A stretch of 64,000 bases of DNA from an uncultured Candidatus Saccharibacteria bacterium (GTDB taxonomy: Bacteria; Patescibacteriota; Minisyncoccia; Phycocordibacterales; XYD1-FULL-46-19): the NCBI GenBank assembly GCA_964510655.1, contig CAZEAY010000003.1, positions 18,924 through 82,923 on the forward strand. The letters are read 5' to 3'. The translations under genes and the position numbers were made by a program. Below are positions 36,070-44,459 of the stretch, in pieces; position 1 is the stretch's first letter, and every line of letters begins with the position of its first letter. Under the pieces are notes generated by a model. The model was given only the letters and a program-made list of their open reading frames with translations. It did not search any database and was not told the origin of the DNA.

Positions 36070-36086
36070 AAACTCGACAGGAATCT
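36070..36086 (-). repeat. direct repeat of the tRNA-Arg 3' end (att-like scar)
   Basis: CTCGACAGGAATC is identical to 36253-36265 inside the tRNA-Arg T-arm/acceptor. A further inverted copy of TTCGATTCCTGT lies at ~36164-36175. A 15-bp perfect hairpin TTAACAAAAGCCACT/AGTGGCTTTTGTTAA sits between the repeat and the tRNA. Confidence 0.5.
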
Positions 36087-36248
36087 TCCATTACATGGAC
36101 GATACAGCTTTCCCATTTGTTCAGATGGGTACATCCTCACAAATAAGGGAGAAGCTCTTCGATTCCTGTACGCAAGGTGCGCAGACACCTTGCTCGAGGT
36201 CACAAAATTAACAAAAGCCACTTTAAACAGTGGCTTTTGTTAATTTTG

Positions 36249-36320
36249 TGACCTCGACAGGAATCGAACCTGTATCGTGGGATCCGCAATCCCATATTCT
36301 ATCCGTTGAACTACGAGGCC
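36249..36320 (-). tRNA. tRNA-Arg (anticodon read as GCG)
   Basis: Acceptor GGCCTCG/CGAGGTC, D-loop AACGGATA, anticodon stem TGGGA/TCCCA with loop TTGCGGA, T-loop TTCGATT. The anticodon assignment depends on my stem choice. Confidence 0.65.
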
Positions 36321-36462
36321 CTAAAACATTTTTTAAAAAAATGTTCGGGCGAACCTCTTTTGCCAAAAAGAGGTTTTAGCCTCTTTATAGACAAAGATAT
36401 CTTAACATAAAATGCCTAAAAATAAAGGGTAAAGAAAAACCCGCTTCTAGCGGGTTTTTCTT

Positions 36463-36726
36463 TTAGCTAACTTTTTTAATTTGAGCCGTCAGTCGAGATT
36501 TTTTTCGAGCCGCCGTGTTTTTCTTAATCACCCCCTTCTTAACTGCCTTGTCAATTGCTTGATAGGCCTTAGATAAAGCTGATTTAGCCTCACTGGCTTT
36601 TTTGTCAACCAGAAGTTTTTTAACCTCCTTAACGGTTGATTTCATGGCCTCTTTGCGTTTCAAATTGAAAACTTGTTTTCTCTTTGAACCGCGTAGAGCT
36701 TTTTTGGCTGATGTGGTAATAGGCAT
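36463..36726 (-). CDS. rpsT: 30S ribosomal protein S20
   Basis: MPITTSAKKALRGSKRKQVFNLKRK... basic helical protein matching S20. Confidence 0.9.
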   Translation of the reverse strand: MPITTSAKKALRGSKRKQVFNLKRKEAMKSTVKEVKKLLVDKKASEAKSALSKAYQAIDKAVKKGVIKKNTAARKKSRLTAQIKKVS

Positions 36727-36810
36727 AGAACCAAATATAACAGGGTTTATTTATAAAATCAAGGGTTGTAAAAACTAGTCGACATTAGGACCTTTTGCTA
36801 TGATGAGAAG

Positions 36811-37386
36811 ATGATTGGACAACTTATTGGTAATATTACCTATAGCGGAGATAAGTTTATAATATTAAATGTTGGCGGAGTAGGATACAAAATATTTACA
36901 ACAGCCGAATCTAAGCTCTTTCTAAGTAAAAACCAAGAGGGTTCTACCCTATGGACACATTTGGTAGTCAAAGAAGACGCCTTGGATTTGTATGGATTTA
37001 CCACCCAAATTGAATTAGACTTCTTTGAGCTCCTGATTACCGTTTCTGGGATAGGTCCTAAAAGCGCCTTAGGAATTCTGTCTTTGGCGGGAATCGAGAC
37101 TCTCCGCAAATCAATCTCATCAAACAATACCGAATATTTGATTAAAATAGCTGGCATCGGCAAGAAAAGTGCCGAAAAAATTGTCCTGGAGCTAAAAGAT
37201 AAAATTGGCAAACTTGGTGAGACACTACCAGGCCAAGATCTCGACAAGGAAGCTGATGTCTTAAACGCTCTCCAGGCATTGGGCTACTCAACCAAAGAAG
37301 CTCACGAGGCGCTCAAAAAGATACCAAGTGAAATAACTGACGTTAGTGAAAAAATCAAACAAGCCCTTAAACAATTAGGAAAATAA
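36811..37386 (+). CDS. ruvA: Holliday junction helicase subunit RuvA
   Basis: MIGQLIGNI..GVGYKI OB-fold domain I, LITVSGIGPKSAL HhH, and a C-terminal domain III. Confidence 0.9.
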   Translation: MIGQLIGNITYSGDKFIILNVGGVGYKIFTTAESKLFLSKNQEGSTLWTHLVVKEDALDLYGFTTQIELDFFELLITVSGIGPKSALGILSLAGIETLRKSISSNNTEYLIKIAGIGKKSAEKIVLELKDKIGKLGETLPGQDLDKEADVLNALQALGYSTKEAHEALKKIPSEITDVSEKIKQALKQLGK

Positions 37387-37390
37387 TTTT

Positions 37391-38668
37391 ATGGTTAAAT
37401 TAATAAAAAAAATTATTCCCGCCCGAATTTATGAAAAACTCTTACCTATTTACCATTTAACGGTAGCCTTCCTAAGTGCCTTCTGGTATCGTTTTCCATC
37501 ACACGACATAAAAGTGATTGCCATAACTGGAACAAAAGGTAAAACTACCACCACCGAACTAGTTAGTGCTCTACTTGAAGCTGGTGGACATAAAACCGCT
37601 CTTATCTCCACCCTCCGATTTAAAATTGGAGACGGGACAAAACGCAACCTATTAAAAATGACCACTCCGGGCAGAGGAATGATTCAAAAAATCCTGCGTG
37701 AAGCAGTGGATACTGGCTGTGATTATGCTGTTCTAGAATTAAGTTCCGAGGGAGCAAAACAATATCGCAATGCTTTTATCTCACTTGATGCGCTAATATT
37801 TACCAACCTATCCCCTGAGCATATAGAATCTCATGGCTCCTACGACAACTATGTGCGAGCCAAACTATCAATCGCTCGAGCCTTAGCTAAATCTCCTAAA
37901 GATGAAAAGATTTTAATCGTAAATGGTGACGATCCAGAATCTAAAAAATTCTTAGCTTTCAATATTGAAAATAAAATTATTTTTTCCCTTAAAGAGGCTG
38001 AGCCTTACCACCTATCAGAAAACGGTTTATCTATCACTTGGAAGGGTCAAAAAATAGAAACAAAGATGGTTGGACTATTTAATATTTACAATATTTTGGC
38101 TGCGGCTACCTACGCCAGCTCTCAAGGGGTAGGAATAGATAAAATCAAAGAAGGTCTAGAGAAATTTGGCGGAGTGCTTGGGCGAATGCAAAAAGTGTAT
38201 TCCCCTACTTATAGAGATAAGCAAACTTTTGATGTGGTTGTGGATTACGCTCACACTGCCGAATCCCTGAAGGCCGCTTACGGAGTTTATGCGGGAAAGA
38301 AAAGAATGATTTGTGTTTTAGGAAGTACTGGTGGTGGCCGAGATAAATGGAAAAGACCCGCCATGGGTAAAGTAGCCAATGACTACTGTGACAAAATTAT
38401 TTTAACCAATGATGACCCCTACGAAGAAGATCCCGATCAAATCGTTTGCGAAATGGCTCGGGGGATAGAAAAAAATTATGATATTATCATTGATCGTCGG
38501 GAGGCCATCAAGGAAGCGATATCTCGAGCCCAACCTGGCGACGTCGTAATGTTGACCGGTAAAGGTACTGATCCTTATTTAATGGAAGCTGGCGGCAAAA
38601 AAACTCCCTGGAGTGATGCTGGGGTAGCCGAAGAAGAATTAGACCTTTTATTCTCCCAACAAAAATAG
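37391..38668 (+). CDS. Mur-ligase family protein (MurT/MurE-like, short N-terminus)
   Basis: ITGTKGKTTTT P-loop and C-terminal DYAHTAESL block. Only ~40 aa precede the P-loop. Confidence 0.6.
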   Translation: MVKLIKKIIPARIYEKLLPIYHLTVAFLSAFWYRFPSHDIKVIAITGTKGKTTTTELVSALLEAGGHKTALISTLRFKIGDGTKRNLLKMTTPGRGMIQKILREAVDTGCDYAVLELSSEGAKQYRNAFISLDALIFTNLSPEHIESHGSYDNYVRAKLSIARALAKSPKDEKILIVNGDDPESKKFLAFNIENKIIFSLKEAEPYHLSENGLSITWKGQKIETKMVGLFNIYNILAAATYASSQGVGIDKIKEGLEKFGGVLGRMQKVYSPTYRDKQTFDVVVDYAHTAESLKAAYGVYAGKKRMICVLGSTGGGRDKWKRPAMGKVANDYCDKIILTNDDPYEEDPDQIVCEMARGIEKNYDIIIDRREAIKEAISRAQPGDVVMLTGKGTDPYLMEAGGKKTPWSDAGVAEEELDLLFSQQK

Positions 38669-38724
38669 CTCTAAATTACCAACAAAAAAATTCGCCAGTG
38701 GCGAATTTTTAGCCTCCTATAATT

Positions 38725-39591
38725 ATGCCAGAATTACCTGAAGTAGAGACCCTTCGTCGAGAATTAAACCTCGCCATAAAAAATAAAAAAATCAAAAAAG
38801 CTCAAGTCTTATGGCCTAAAACGATCGCTCCCTTAAGCGTCAAAGTTTTTGAGAAAGAAGTGGTCAATAAAAAAGTCGAGGAAGTGGGCCGTGAAGCCAA
38901 AATTTTAATTATCAACTTTACTGACACTACTGCTCTCGCCTTTCACTTAAAAATGACCGGACAACTTATCTTCCAACCAACCAAAGGCAGAGCGGTTATC
39001 GGTGGACATCCAGCTCCAAAGGACGAAAGCAATTTACCAAATAATCACACTCGATTAGTCCTAACTTTTTCTGATAACTCTATTCTTTATTTCAACGACT
39101 TGAGAAAATTCGGCTGGGCAAGACTCGTCGACGATTCCCAGTTAAAAAGTTTAACAAAACATCTTGGTGTTGAGCCCCTAACAAAACTTTTTACTGATCA
39201 GTTTCTCATCGATCTTTTTAAAAAATACCCCAACAAAACGGTGAAACAAATTCTAATGGATCAAACTTTGATTGCCGGCATTGGTAACATCTACGCCGAT
39301 GAGAGCGCCTTTTTAACTAAAATTTTACCTGACCGCAGAGTATCTACCCTCAAAGGAGTCCAAATTAAAAAACTTCAACAGGCGATTGTTGGAGTTTTAA
39401 AACTATCAATAAAAAAGAAGGGCACATCTTCCAAAAACTATCGCCGTTCTGACGGCAGTCTCGGAGGCTTTGTTCCTCATCTCTATGTCTATGGTCGAGC
39501 CGGCCAACCCTGCAAAATATGTCAGGCTTCAATCAAAAAGACTCGCCATAATGGTCGAGGAACGGCTTTTTGTCCAAAATGCCAAAAATAA
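38725..39591 (+). CDS. mutM: formamidopyrimidine-DNA glycosylase
   Basis: MPELPEVE N-terminus (catalytic Pro2/Glu3), H2TH region and a C-terminal zinc finger CKIC...CPKC. Confidence 0.9.
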   Translation: MPELPEVETLRRELNLAIKNKKIKKAQVLWPKTIAPLSVKVFEKEVVNKKVEEVGREAKILIINFTDTTALAFHLKMTGQLIFQPTKGRAVIGGHPAPKDESNLPNNHTRLVLTFSDNSILYFNDLRKFGWARLVDDSQLKSLTKHLGVEPLTKLFTDQFLIDLFKKYPNKTVKQILMDQTLIAGIGNIYADESAFLTKILPDRRVSTLKGVQIKKLQQAIVGVLKLSIKKKGTSSKNYRRSDGSLGGFVPHLYVYGRAGQPCKICQASIKKTRHNGRGTAFCPKCQK

Positions 39592-39593
39592 AT

Positions 39594-40067
39594 CTAAACA
39601 TTTAAAATCCTGAACAAAGCGACTCCAGTGGCCACTGAAACATTGAGAGATTCTTTCTCTCCCCTCATTGGTATCTCAGCAATCAAATCACATTTATTTA
39701 AAACAGCCTTTTTCATCCCCCTAACTTCTTCACCTAAAATAATTGCACAAGGAAATTTTGGTTTTATTTTTTTATAATCAACTGAATTTTCTGACTGCTC
39801 TAGAGCAATAATCTGTACTCCGTCTTTTTTTAATCTATTTAGCACAGAAGATATACTTTTAACTTTTTCCCAGGAAACCACCTTCTCCGCCCCCAAAGCT
39901 GTTTTAGTGATCCCCTTATCCACCCGATGAAAATCGTCGACTGGCGCCGGAGTATAACCAGTTAAGTATATTTTACTTACTCCACAAGCATCAGCAGTAC
40001 GAAAAATTGCCCCCACGTTGTAGGTGCTACGGATATTATCAAGGACAAGATAAACCTCTTTGGTCAT
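39594..40067 (-). CDS. SpoU/TrmH-family RNA 2'-O-methyltransferase
   Basis: YNVGAIFRTADACGV, IALEQSENS and LNVSVATGVALF SPOUT motifs. Start at MTKEVY. Confidence 0.75.
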   Translation of the reverse strand: MTKEVYLVLDNIRSTYNVGAIFRTADACGVSKIYLTGYTPAPVDDFHRVDKGITKTALGAEKVVSWEKVKSISSVLNRLKKDGVQIIALEQSENSVDYKKIKPKFPCAIILGEEVRGMKKAVLNKCDLIAEIPMRGEKESLNVSVATGVALFRILNV

Positions 40068-40180
40068 GGGGCAAATATAGCAAAATATGGTTTTGTCCAC
40101 AAATTAGACATTCCCCCCAAAGTTCCTATATACTTAAGCTGTAAGTCGCCATTTATCAATTATTTTAATAAAGAAATAAT

Positions 40181-40369
40181 ATGTCTATGGAGAATTTTGG
40201 ATCGATGGAAAAAACATCCGATCAAATGCTAGAAGAAATTTTAGCCCACTATGAGGGTGACAGTGATATGTCGGCCAACTTTAAGAAGGAGTGGGACGGG
40301 TACTCCCCAGAACAACAGAGGTCTCTCCATGAACAATTTATGAGGGATCACGGAAAAGAAGTTGTGTAG
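40181..40369 (+). CDS. hypothetical small acidic protein (62 aa)
   Basis: Native composition, no SD, no family recognised. Confidence 0.3.
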   Translation: MSMENFGSMEKTSDQMLEEILAHYEGDSDMSANFKKEWDGYSPEQQRSLHEQFMRDHGKEVV

Positions 40370-40405
40370 ATATAATGCCCCTTGTGTGGGTATTTTTTAT
40401 TTATG

Positions 40406-40477
40406 TGCCCTCGACAGGAATCGAACCTGTATCTCCAGCTTCGGAGGCCGGTGTTCTATCCATTAGACTACGAGGAC
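40406..40477 (-). tRNA. tRNA-Arg (anticodon CCG)
   Basis: Acceptor GTCCTCG/CGAGGGC, anticodon loop CTCCGAA, T-arm ACAGGTTCGATTCCTGT identical to the other Arg tRNA. Confidence 0.8.
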
Positions 40478-40579
40478 TTGGGATAGTAACTGCATAATAA
40501 CAGGTTGAAGTGTTTTTTCAATTAAAAAGATAGACAAAGCAAGGTTTTTTTTGTATGATTTCCTTGTCTTATAAGTGTC

Positions 40580-40652
40580 GCCCTGTTAGCTCAGCTGGTA
40601 GAGCAGCTCCCTTTTAAGGAGACGGTCGGGGGTTCGATTCCCTCACAGGGCA
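40580..40652 (+). tRNA. tRNA-Lys (anticodon TTT)
   Basis: GCCCTGT acceptor, D-loop AGCTGGTA, anticodon loop CTTTTAA, T-loop TTCGATT. Confidence 0.85.
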
Positions 40653-40660
40653 CAAAAAAA

Positions 40661-40700
40661 AGAATGGCTCACCTACTCTACTGTTTCCAGTTGTTGGTGA
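40661..40700 (-). terminator. terminator of the GC-rich gene 40713..41096
   Basis: 8-bp stem GGCTCACC/GGTGAGCC with a 22-nt loop, followed on the minus strand by TTCTTTTTTTTT. Confidence 0.45.
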
Positions 40701-40712
40701 GCCCAATTGATT

Positions 40713-41096
40713 TCAGAAAATCAAGATGGGTGGTTCGTGGCGATTTCTGAATTTTCTTAAACGCGCCAATCTTTCCCACCTCTTTTTTTCTCGAAACTTC
40801 TCCTTTGATGTGCGTGGAAATCTGTCTTCCATCACCATAAGTTGTGGCCAAACGGCCCGAGTGGAATAAAGGCGAAACTTTGCCATATTCCACTGACGAC
40901 GGTTAACAATAAAGCACAGGGTAAGAGCAGAGAGCTTTTCTGCTTCAGATTCATCTGGATTGAGACTTCCTCTGATCGGTGGCTTCGGCCTGCCCGCATA
41001 ATAACAGCAACAGGGACAGATTTTTTTGTCGTCAGAGGTTATCTTCTTAAGTTCCCTAAGGACTTCAAAAAAAGAGTCCTTTCTTAACTCTTCCAT
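40713..41096 (-). CDS. GC-richer hypothetical Cys-cluster protein (127 aa) with strong SD
   Basis: AAGGAGG + 5 nt + ATG (41094-41096). Contains CPCCC and a basic C-terminus. Lies immediately downstream of tRNA-Lys. Confidence 0.45.
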   Translation of the reverse strand: MEELRKDSFFEVLRELKKITSDDKKICPCCCYYAGRPKPPIRGSLNPDESEAEKLSALTLCFIVNRRQWNMAKFRLYSTRAVWPQLMVMEDRFPRTSKEKFREKKRWERLARLRKFRNRHEPPILIF

Positions 41097-41174
41097 ACTA
41101 GCCTCCTTAGATTAGTCTCTCCCAAAGATAACGCTAAAAAGTCAGAATAGCAAGAGTGCTAACTATTTTTATAT

Positions 41175-41888
41175 TTAAATAGTAAATATCACCTTCTCCA
41201 ACTCCGTTTCCATCTCGCCTTCACTGCGACGGACAGAATGAAACAAATCTACGAGTTGAGTGGAAAGATTTTCTAGCTCTTCAGTTTGATAATTTCGAGC
41301 ATAACGTTCAATTTTAGATTTCACAAAACCCTTAAGTTCAGACTTGTTTGCCTCAGTTGTTTTTTTAAAAAACAACATATGCTTAACCATCCATTGGAAT
41401 TTCCAAAAAATTTCTTCACCCTCAATACCTGCCCGCAAGGCTTCTTGACACAAGACCCATAATCTTTTTCGATTCCTCTCCCCTAAAGCATCCGTGACAG
41501 CAAAAATATTAAACCTCTTTTCTTCCCCGATTTTTTTATCAAAACTTAAATCTTTTTCCGTATGTTTTTTAACTTGAGTTAAGATCTTTGATTCCAAAGA
41601 ATCTTCTAGAATGATAAAAATGTTAGCCGAATCTTTGATCTCTTTTAGATTATCTAACATAAATTCCTGCGATTTTTTATCTCCAATCAGATGATCACAG
41701 CCCACAATATATTTGTGAGCAAATAAATCTTGGGAGACAATTAACTCTCGCATTTTTTCTTCCGAAAAATTTTCACTATCAATTTTCCAAGCCAAAGAAT
41801 CAAGTTTGCGAGCCAACAAAGACTCAATCAGGGCGTCGTATTTATGCCGAGTCTTAATACTGTCGGAGCCTTGAATGAGATAGATCAT
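41175..41888 (-). CDS. DNA polymerase III delta subunit (HolA)-like
   Basis: MIYLIQGSD... N-terminus and overall pattern resemble the HolA N-terminal and middle domains. 4-nt overlap with the xth stop. Confidence 0.45.
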   Translation of the reverse strand: MIYLIQGSDSIKTRHKYDALIESLLARKLDSLAWKIDSENFSEEKMRELIVSQDLFAHKYIVGCDHLIGDKKSQEFMLDNLKEIKDSANIFIILEDSLESKILTQVKKHTEKDLSFDKKIGEEKRFNIFAVTDALGERNRKRLWVLCQEALRAGIEGEEIFWKFQWMVKHMLFFKKTTEANKSELKGFVKSKIERYARNYQTEELENLSTQLVDLFHSVRRSEGEMETELEKVIFTI

Positions 41889-42652
41889 ATTTTTAAAGTA
41901 ATTCCCACCGGACAATGATCGGAACCAAACACCTCTCCTAAAATAAAAGCTTTTTTTATGTTTTTCTTAAGAGCCTCACTGGCCAAAAAATAATCAATCC
42001 GCCAACCGATATTTTTATCCCGAGCAAAAAAACGATAGCTCCACCAAGAATATTCTATTTTATCTTTATTGATAAAGCGGTAAGTATCAATCAAACCAGA
42101 AGACAAGAAGGTGGTCATATCCCCCCTCTCCTCGTCGGTAAAGCCCGAGTGTCCACGATTATCTCTAGGACGAGCAATATCAATCTCTTCGTGAGCCACA
42201 TTAAAATCACCACAAGCGATAACCGGCTTTTTCTTTTCTAATTTTTTTACATAGGCCAAAAAAACCTTATTGAATTTTTGTTTAAAATCAATCCGAGATA
42301 AGTCATCTTTAGCGTTCGGGAAATAAATATTAAGAAAATAAAAACTTTCAAACTCCATGGTTTGCGTCCGTCCTTCGGAATCAAATTCTGCCACCCCAAT
42401 TCCCTCCCGGTAAGACAGGGGTTCAATTTTGGTTAAGATAGCCGTACCACTATAACCCGGTTTTTGTGCTGGATACCAGTATTCATTGTAGCCAGTCCAG
42501 TCAAAAGTTTCTTTGGCACGGGCCTCATTAGAAATTTTAATTTCTTGCAAGCCAATAATGTCGGGGCGTTCTGTCAGCAAGAAGTTGTCAAAACCATTTT
42601 TAACAGCGGCCCTAATACCATTCACATTCCACGAGATAAGTTTTATTTCCAT
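41885..42652 (-). CDS. xth: exodeoxyribonuclease III
   Basis: ISWNVNGIRA, GLQEIK and C-terminal SDHCPV EEP-nuclease motifs. Confidence 0.9.
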   Translation of the reverse strand: MEIKLISWNVNGIRAAVKNGFDNFLLTERPDIIGLQEIKISNEARAKETFDWTGYNEYWYPAQKPGYSGTAILTKIEPLSYREGIGVAEFDSEGRTQTMEFESFYFLNIYFPNAKDDLSRIDFKQKFNKVFLAYVKKLEKKKPVIACGDFNVAHEEIDIARPRDNRGHSGFTDEERGDMTTFLSSGLIDTYRFINKDKIEYSWWSYRFFARDKNIGWRIDYFLASEALKKNIKKAFILGEVFGSDHCPVGITLKI

Positions 42653-42659
42653 AGAGTTA

Positions 42660-43259
42660 TTATACTTGGTCGAGAGCCCCCTTAAAATCGTTGACTAAAA
42701 CCGGGAACATGTGGGAATTATATACTGCCACCGCCGGATGGTACAAGATCACTAATTTTATTGGACCATAAGAACTTTTTACTGAAAATACCCGGCCATG
42801 CAACTTACTAATCGGGTCACTTTTCTCCTTAACTCCATATTTATTCATTAGATAGGCCATAGAATAACGACCTAAGGTTACCAGGATTTTAGGTTTAATC
42901 GCCCCAATTTGTCTATCCAGAAAGGTGCTGTAAAGAGCAATTTCTTCCGGAGTAGGATCACGATTTTCGGGCGGACGATCTTTAACCAGATTAGTTATAT
43001 AAACATCTTCTCTCCTTAGTCCCGCCGATAAAAGTAGGCGATCAAGAACTTTTCCCGCTGTTCCACAAAAAGGTCGAGCGGTTTTTGCCTCTGTTTTTCC
43101 TGGAGCTTCACCAACAAACATAATTTGAGCCGAATGATTTCCTTCGCCAATCACCGGGAAATAATTATTATCTTGCCGATACTGATAAAGTGGCGAGTTC
43201 TTCAAGCTTAAAATTTCATCTTTTATTTTTCTTAGCTCTTCAGTTTGTTCCAATGACAT
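42660..43259 (-). CDS. uracil-DNA glycosylase, family 4
   Basis: GEGNHSAQIMFVGEAPG and HP..AV family-4 UDG motifs. Confidence 0.85.
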   Translation of the reverse strand: MSLEQTEELRKIKDEILSLKNSPLYQYRQDNNYFPVIGEGNHSAQIMFVGEAPGKTEAKTARPFCGTAGKVLDRLLLSAGLRREDVYITNLVKDRPPENRDPTPEEIALYSTFLDRQIGAIKPKILVTLGRYSMAYLMNKYGVKEKSDPISKLHGRVFSVKSSYGPIKLVILYHPAVAVYNSHMFPVLVNDFKGALDQV

Positions 43260-43300
43260 AATTACCGTATTTAAAACTAAGATGGAAAATTGTTGCGGTG

Positions 43301-43774
43301 CTAGTGACCAGAGTTCTCCGACTCTTCGTCCTTACTATAGTTTTTCAAAACCTTTTCCTCTAGTGTCCAAAAAACAGTAAAGATTAGCAAAGCCAAAAGA
43401 CCGGCAATAAGAGCTTCAACATAAAGACCGAAACCAGCCGACATACCCAACCCCGCAGCTACCCACAAGCCAGCAGCGGTGGTCAAACCCTGAATCTTAG
43501 ACTGTTGAAAAATAACCATACCCGCCCCCAAAAAACCCACTCCAACAACAATTTGTGAGGCCATCATGATTGGGTTAAAACCAGAAAAAGAGGCAAAAGC
43601 TGGAATCATTTCCAAAGAAATAAGAACAAACAAGGCAGAACCCAAACTCACTAAGGAGTAAGTCTTAAGACCGGCGTTCCGACCGACAATCGTCCTCTCT
43701 ATCCCCAAGACCCCACCCAAGATAACAGCAACAAATAATCTAAGAGCAATTTCAATAGTTGTAGATAAATCCAT
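43301..43774 (-). CDS. MgtC/SapB family membrane protein
   Basis: Four TM N-terminal MgtC domain (ALRLFVAVILGGVLGIER). Confidence 0.75.
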   Translation of the reverse strand: MDLSTTIEIALRLFVAVILGGVLGIERTIVGRNAGLKTYSLVSLGSALFVLISLEMIPAFASFSGFNPIMMASQIVVGVGFLGAGMVIFQQSKIQGLTTAAGLWVAAGLGMSAGFGLYVEALIAGLLALLIFTVFWTLEEKVLKNYSKDEESENSGH

Positions 43775-43980
43775 CCCGTTAGAAATAGGAAACCTGGCCT
43801 ATTTGGCAAGATAGCCTATAAAATTAATTTATAATATTTATTGTCAACCTCTTTTAATTATACCAATGTTTCCGTTTCATTTCTAACGGGATCCATAAAA
43901 TTTAAATTTTATCAAAAAAAACAAACCCAGGGCATAACCTGAGTTTGTTTCGTCTCGAGACTAAATAAAAATTTTAAAGT

Positions 43981-44163
43981 CTATTGAGCAACAGTTGTGG
44001 TTCCGGCATCGGTAGAGGTTGATACTGGAGCAACATCAGTAACCACGTCGGTAGTAGTAGCTACATCGGAAGTATCTACAGGAGTAGCATTGTTTCCTTT
44101 GTACCAAACGATTCCGCCAATGATCAAAATGATAACAACAGCGGCAATAACGTAATTCTTCAT
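43981..44163 (-). CDS. small N-terminally anchored Thr/Val-rich protein (60 aa)
   Basis: One TM followed by a low-complexity T/V/D-rich tail. Confidence 0.3.
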   Translation of the reverse strand: MKNYVIAAVVIILIIGGIVWYKGNNATPVDTSDVATTTDVVTDVAPVSTSTDAGTTTVAQ

Positions 44164-44459
44164 AGTAATTTAGGTGAATTTGCTAATTTTTTAGAAATCG
44201 ACCTTTTAAATTCCAATTAATGGTACCCCCATCTTATCGTCAAAGCTCTAAAAAAGCAAGTCCAGGCACCAATTTTAAGCTTTTTGAGCACTGACAAATG
44301 CCCATAGACAGTGACCTTAGCCAAATAATACCCCTAATAACATAAAGTTTTACAAGATTAAGGCCCTTGAAAATAGGGATAAAACTAACAAAAATCGCAA
44401 TCTATATGTGCAAAACCTGTGGATAACATGGTCTATTTTATGTCGGGATTAAAAAAGTC

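Noticed and set aside
40678-41087. ORFs 40678..40893 (-) and 40842..41087 (+)
   Set aside because: Alternative frames over the SD-bearing 40713..41096 gene.
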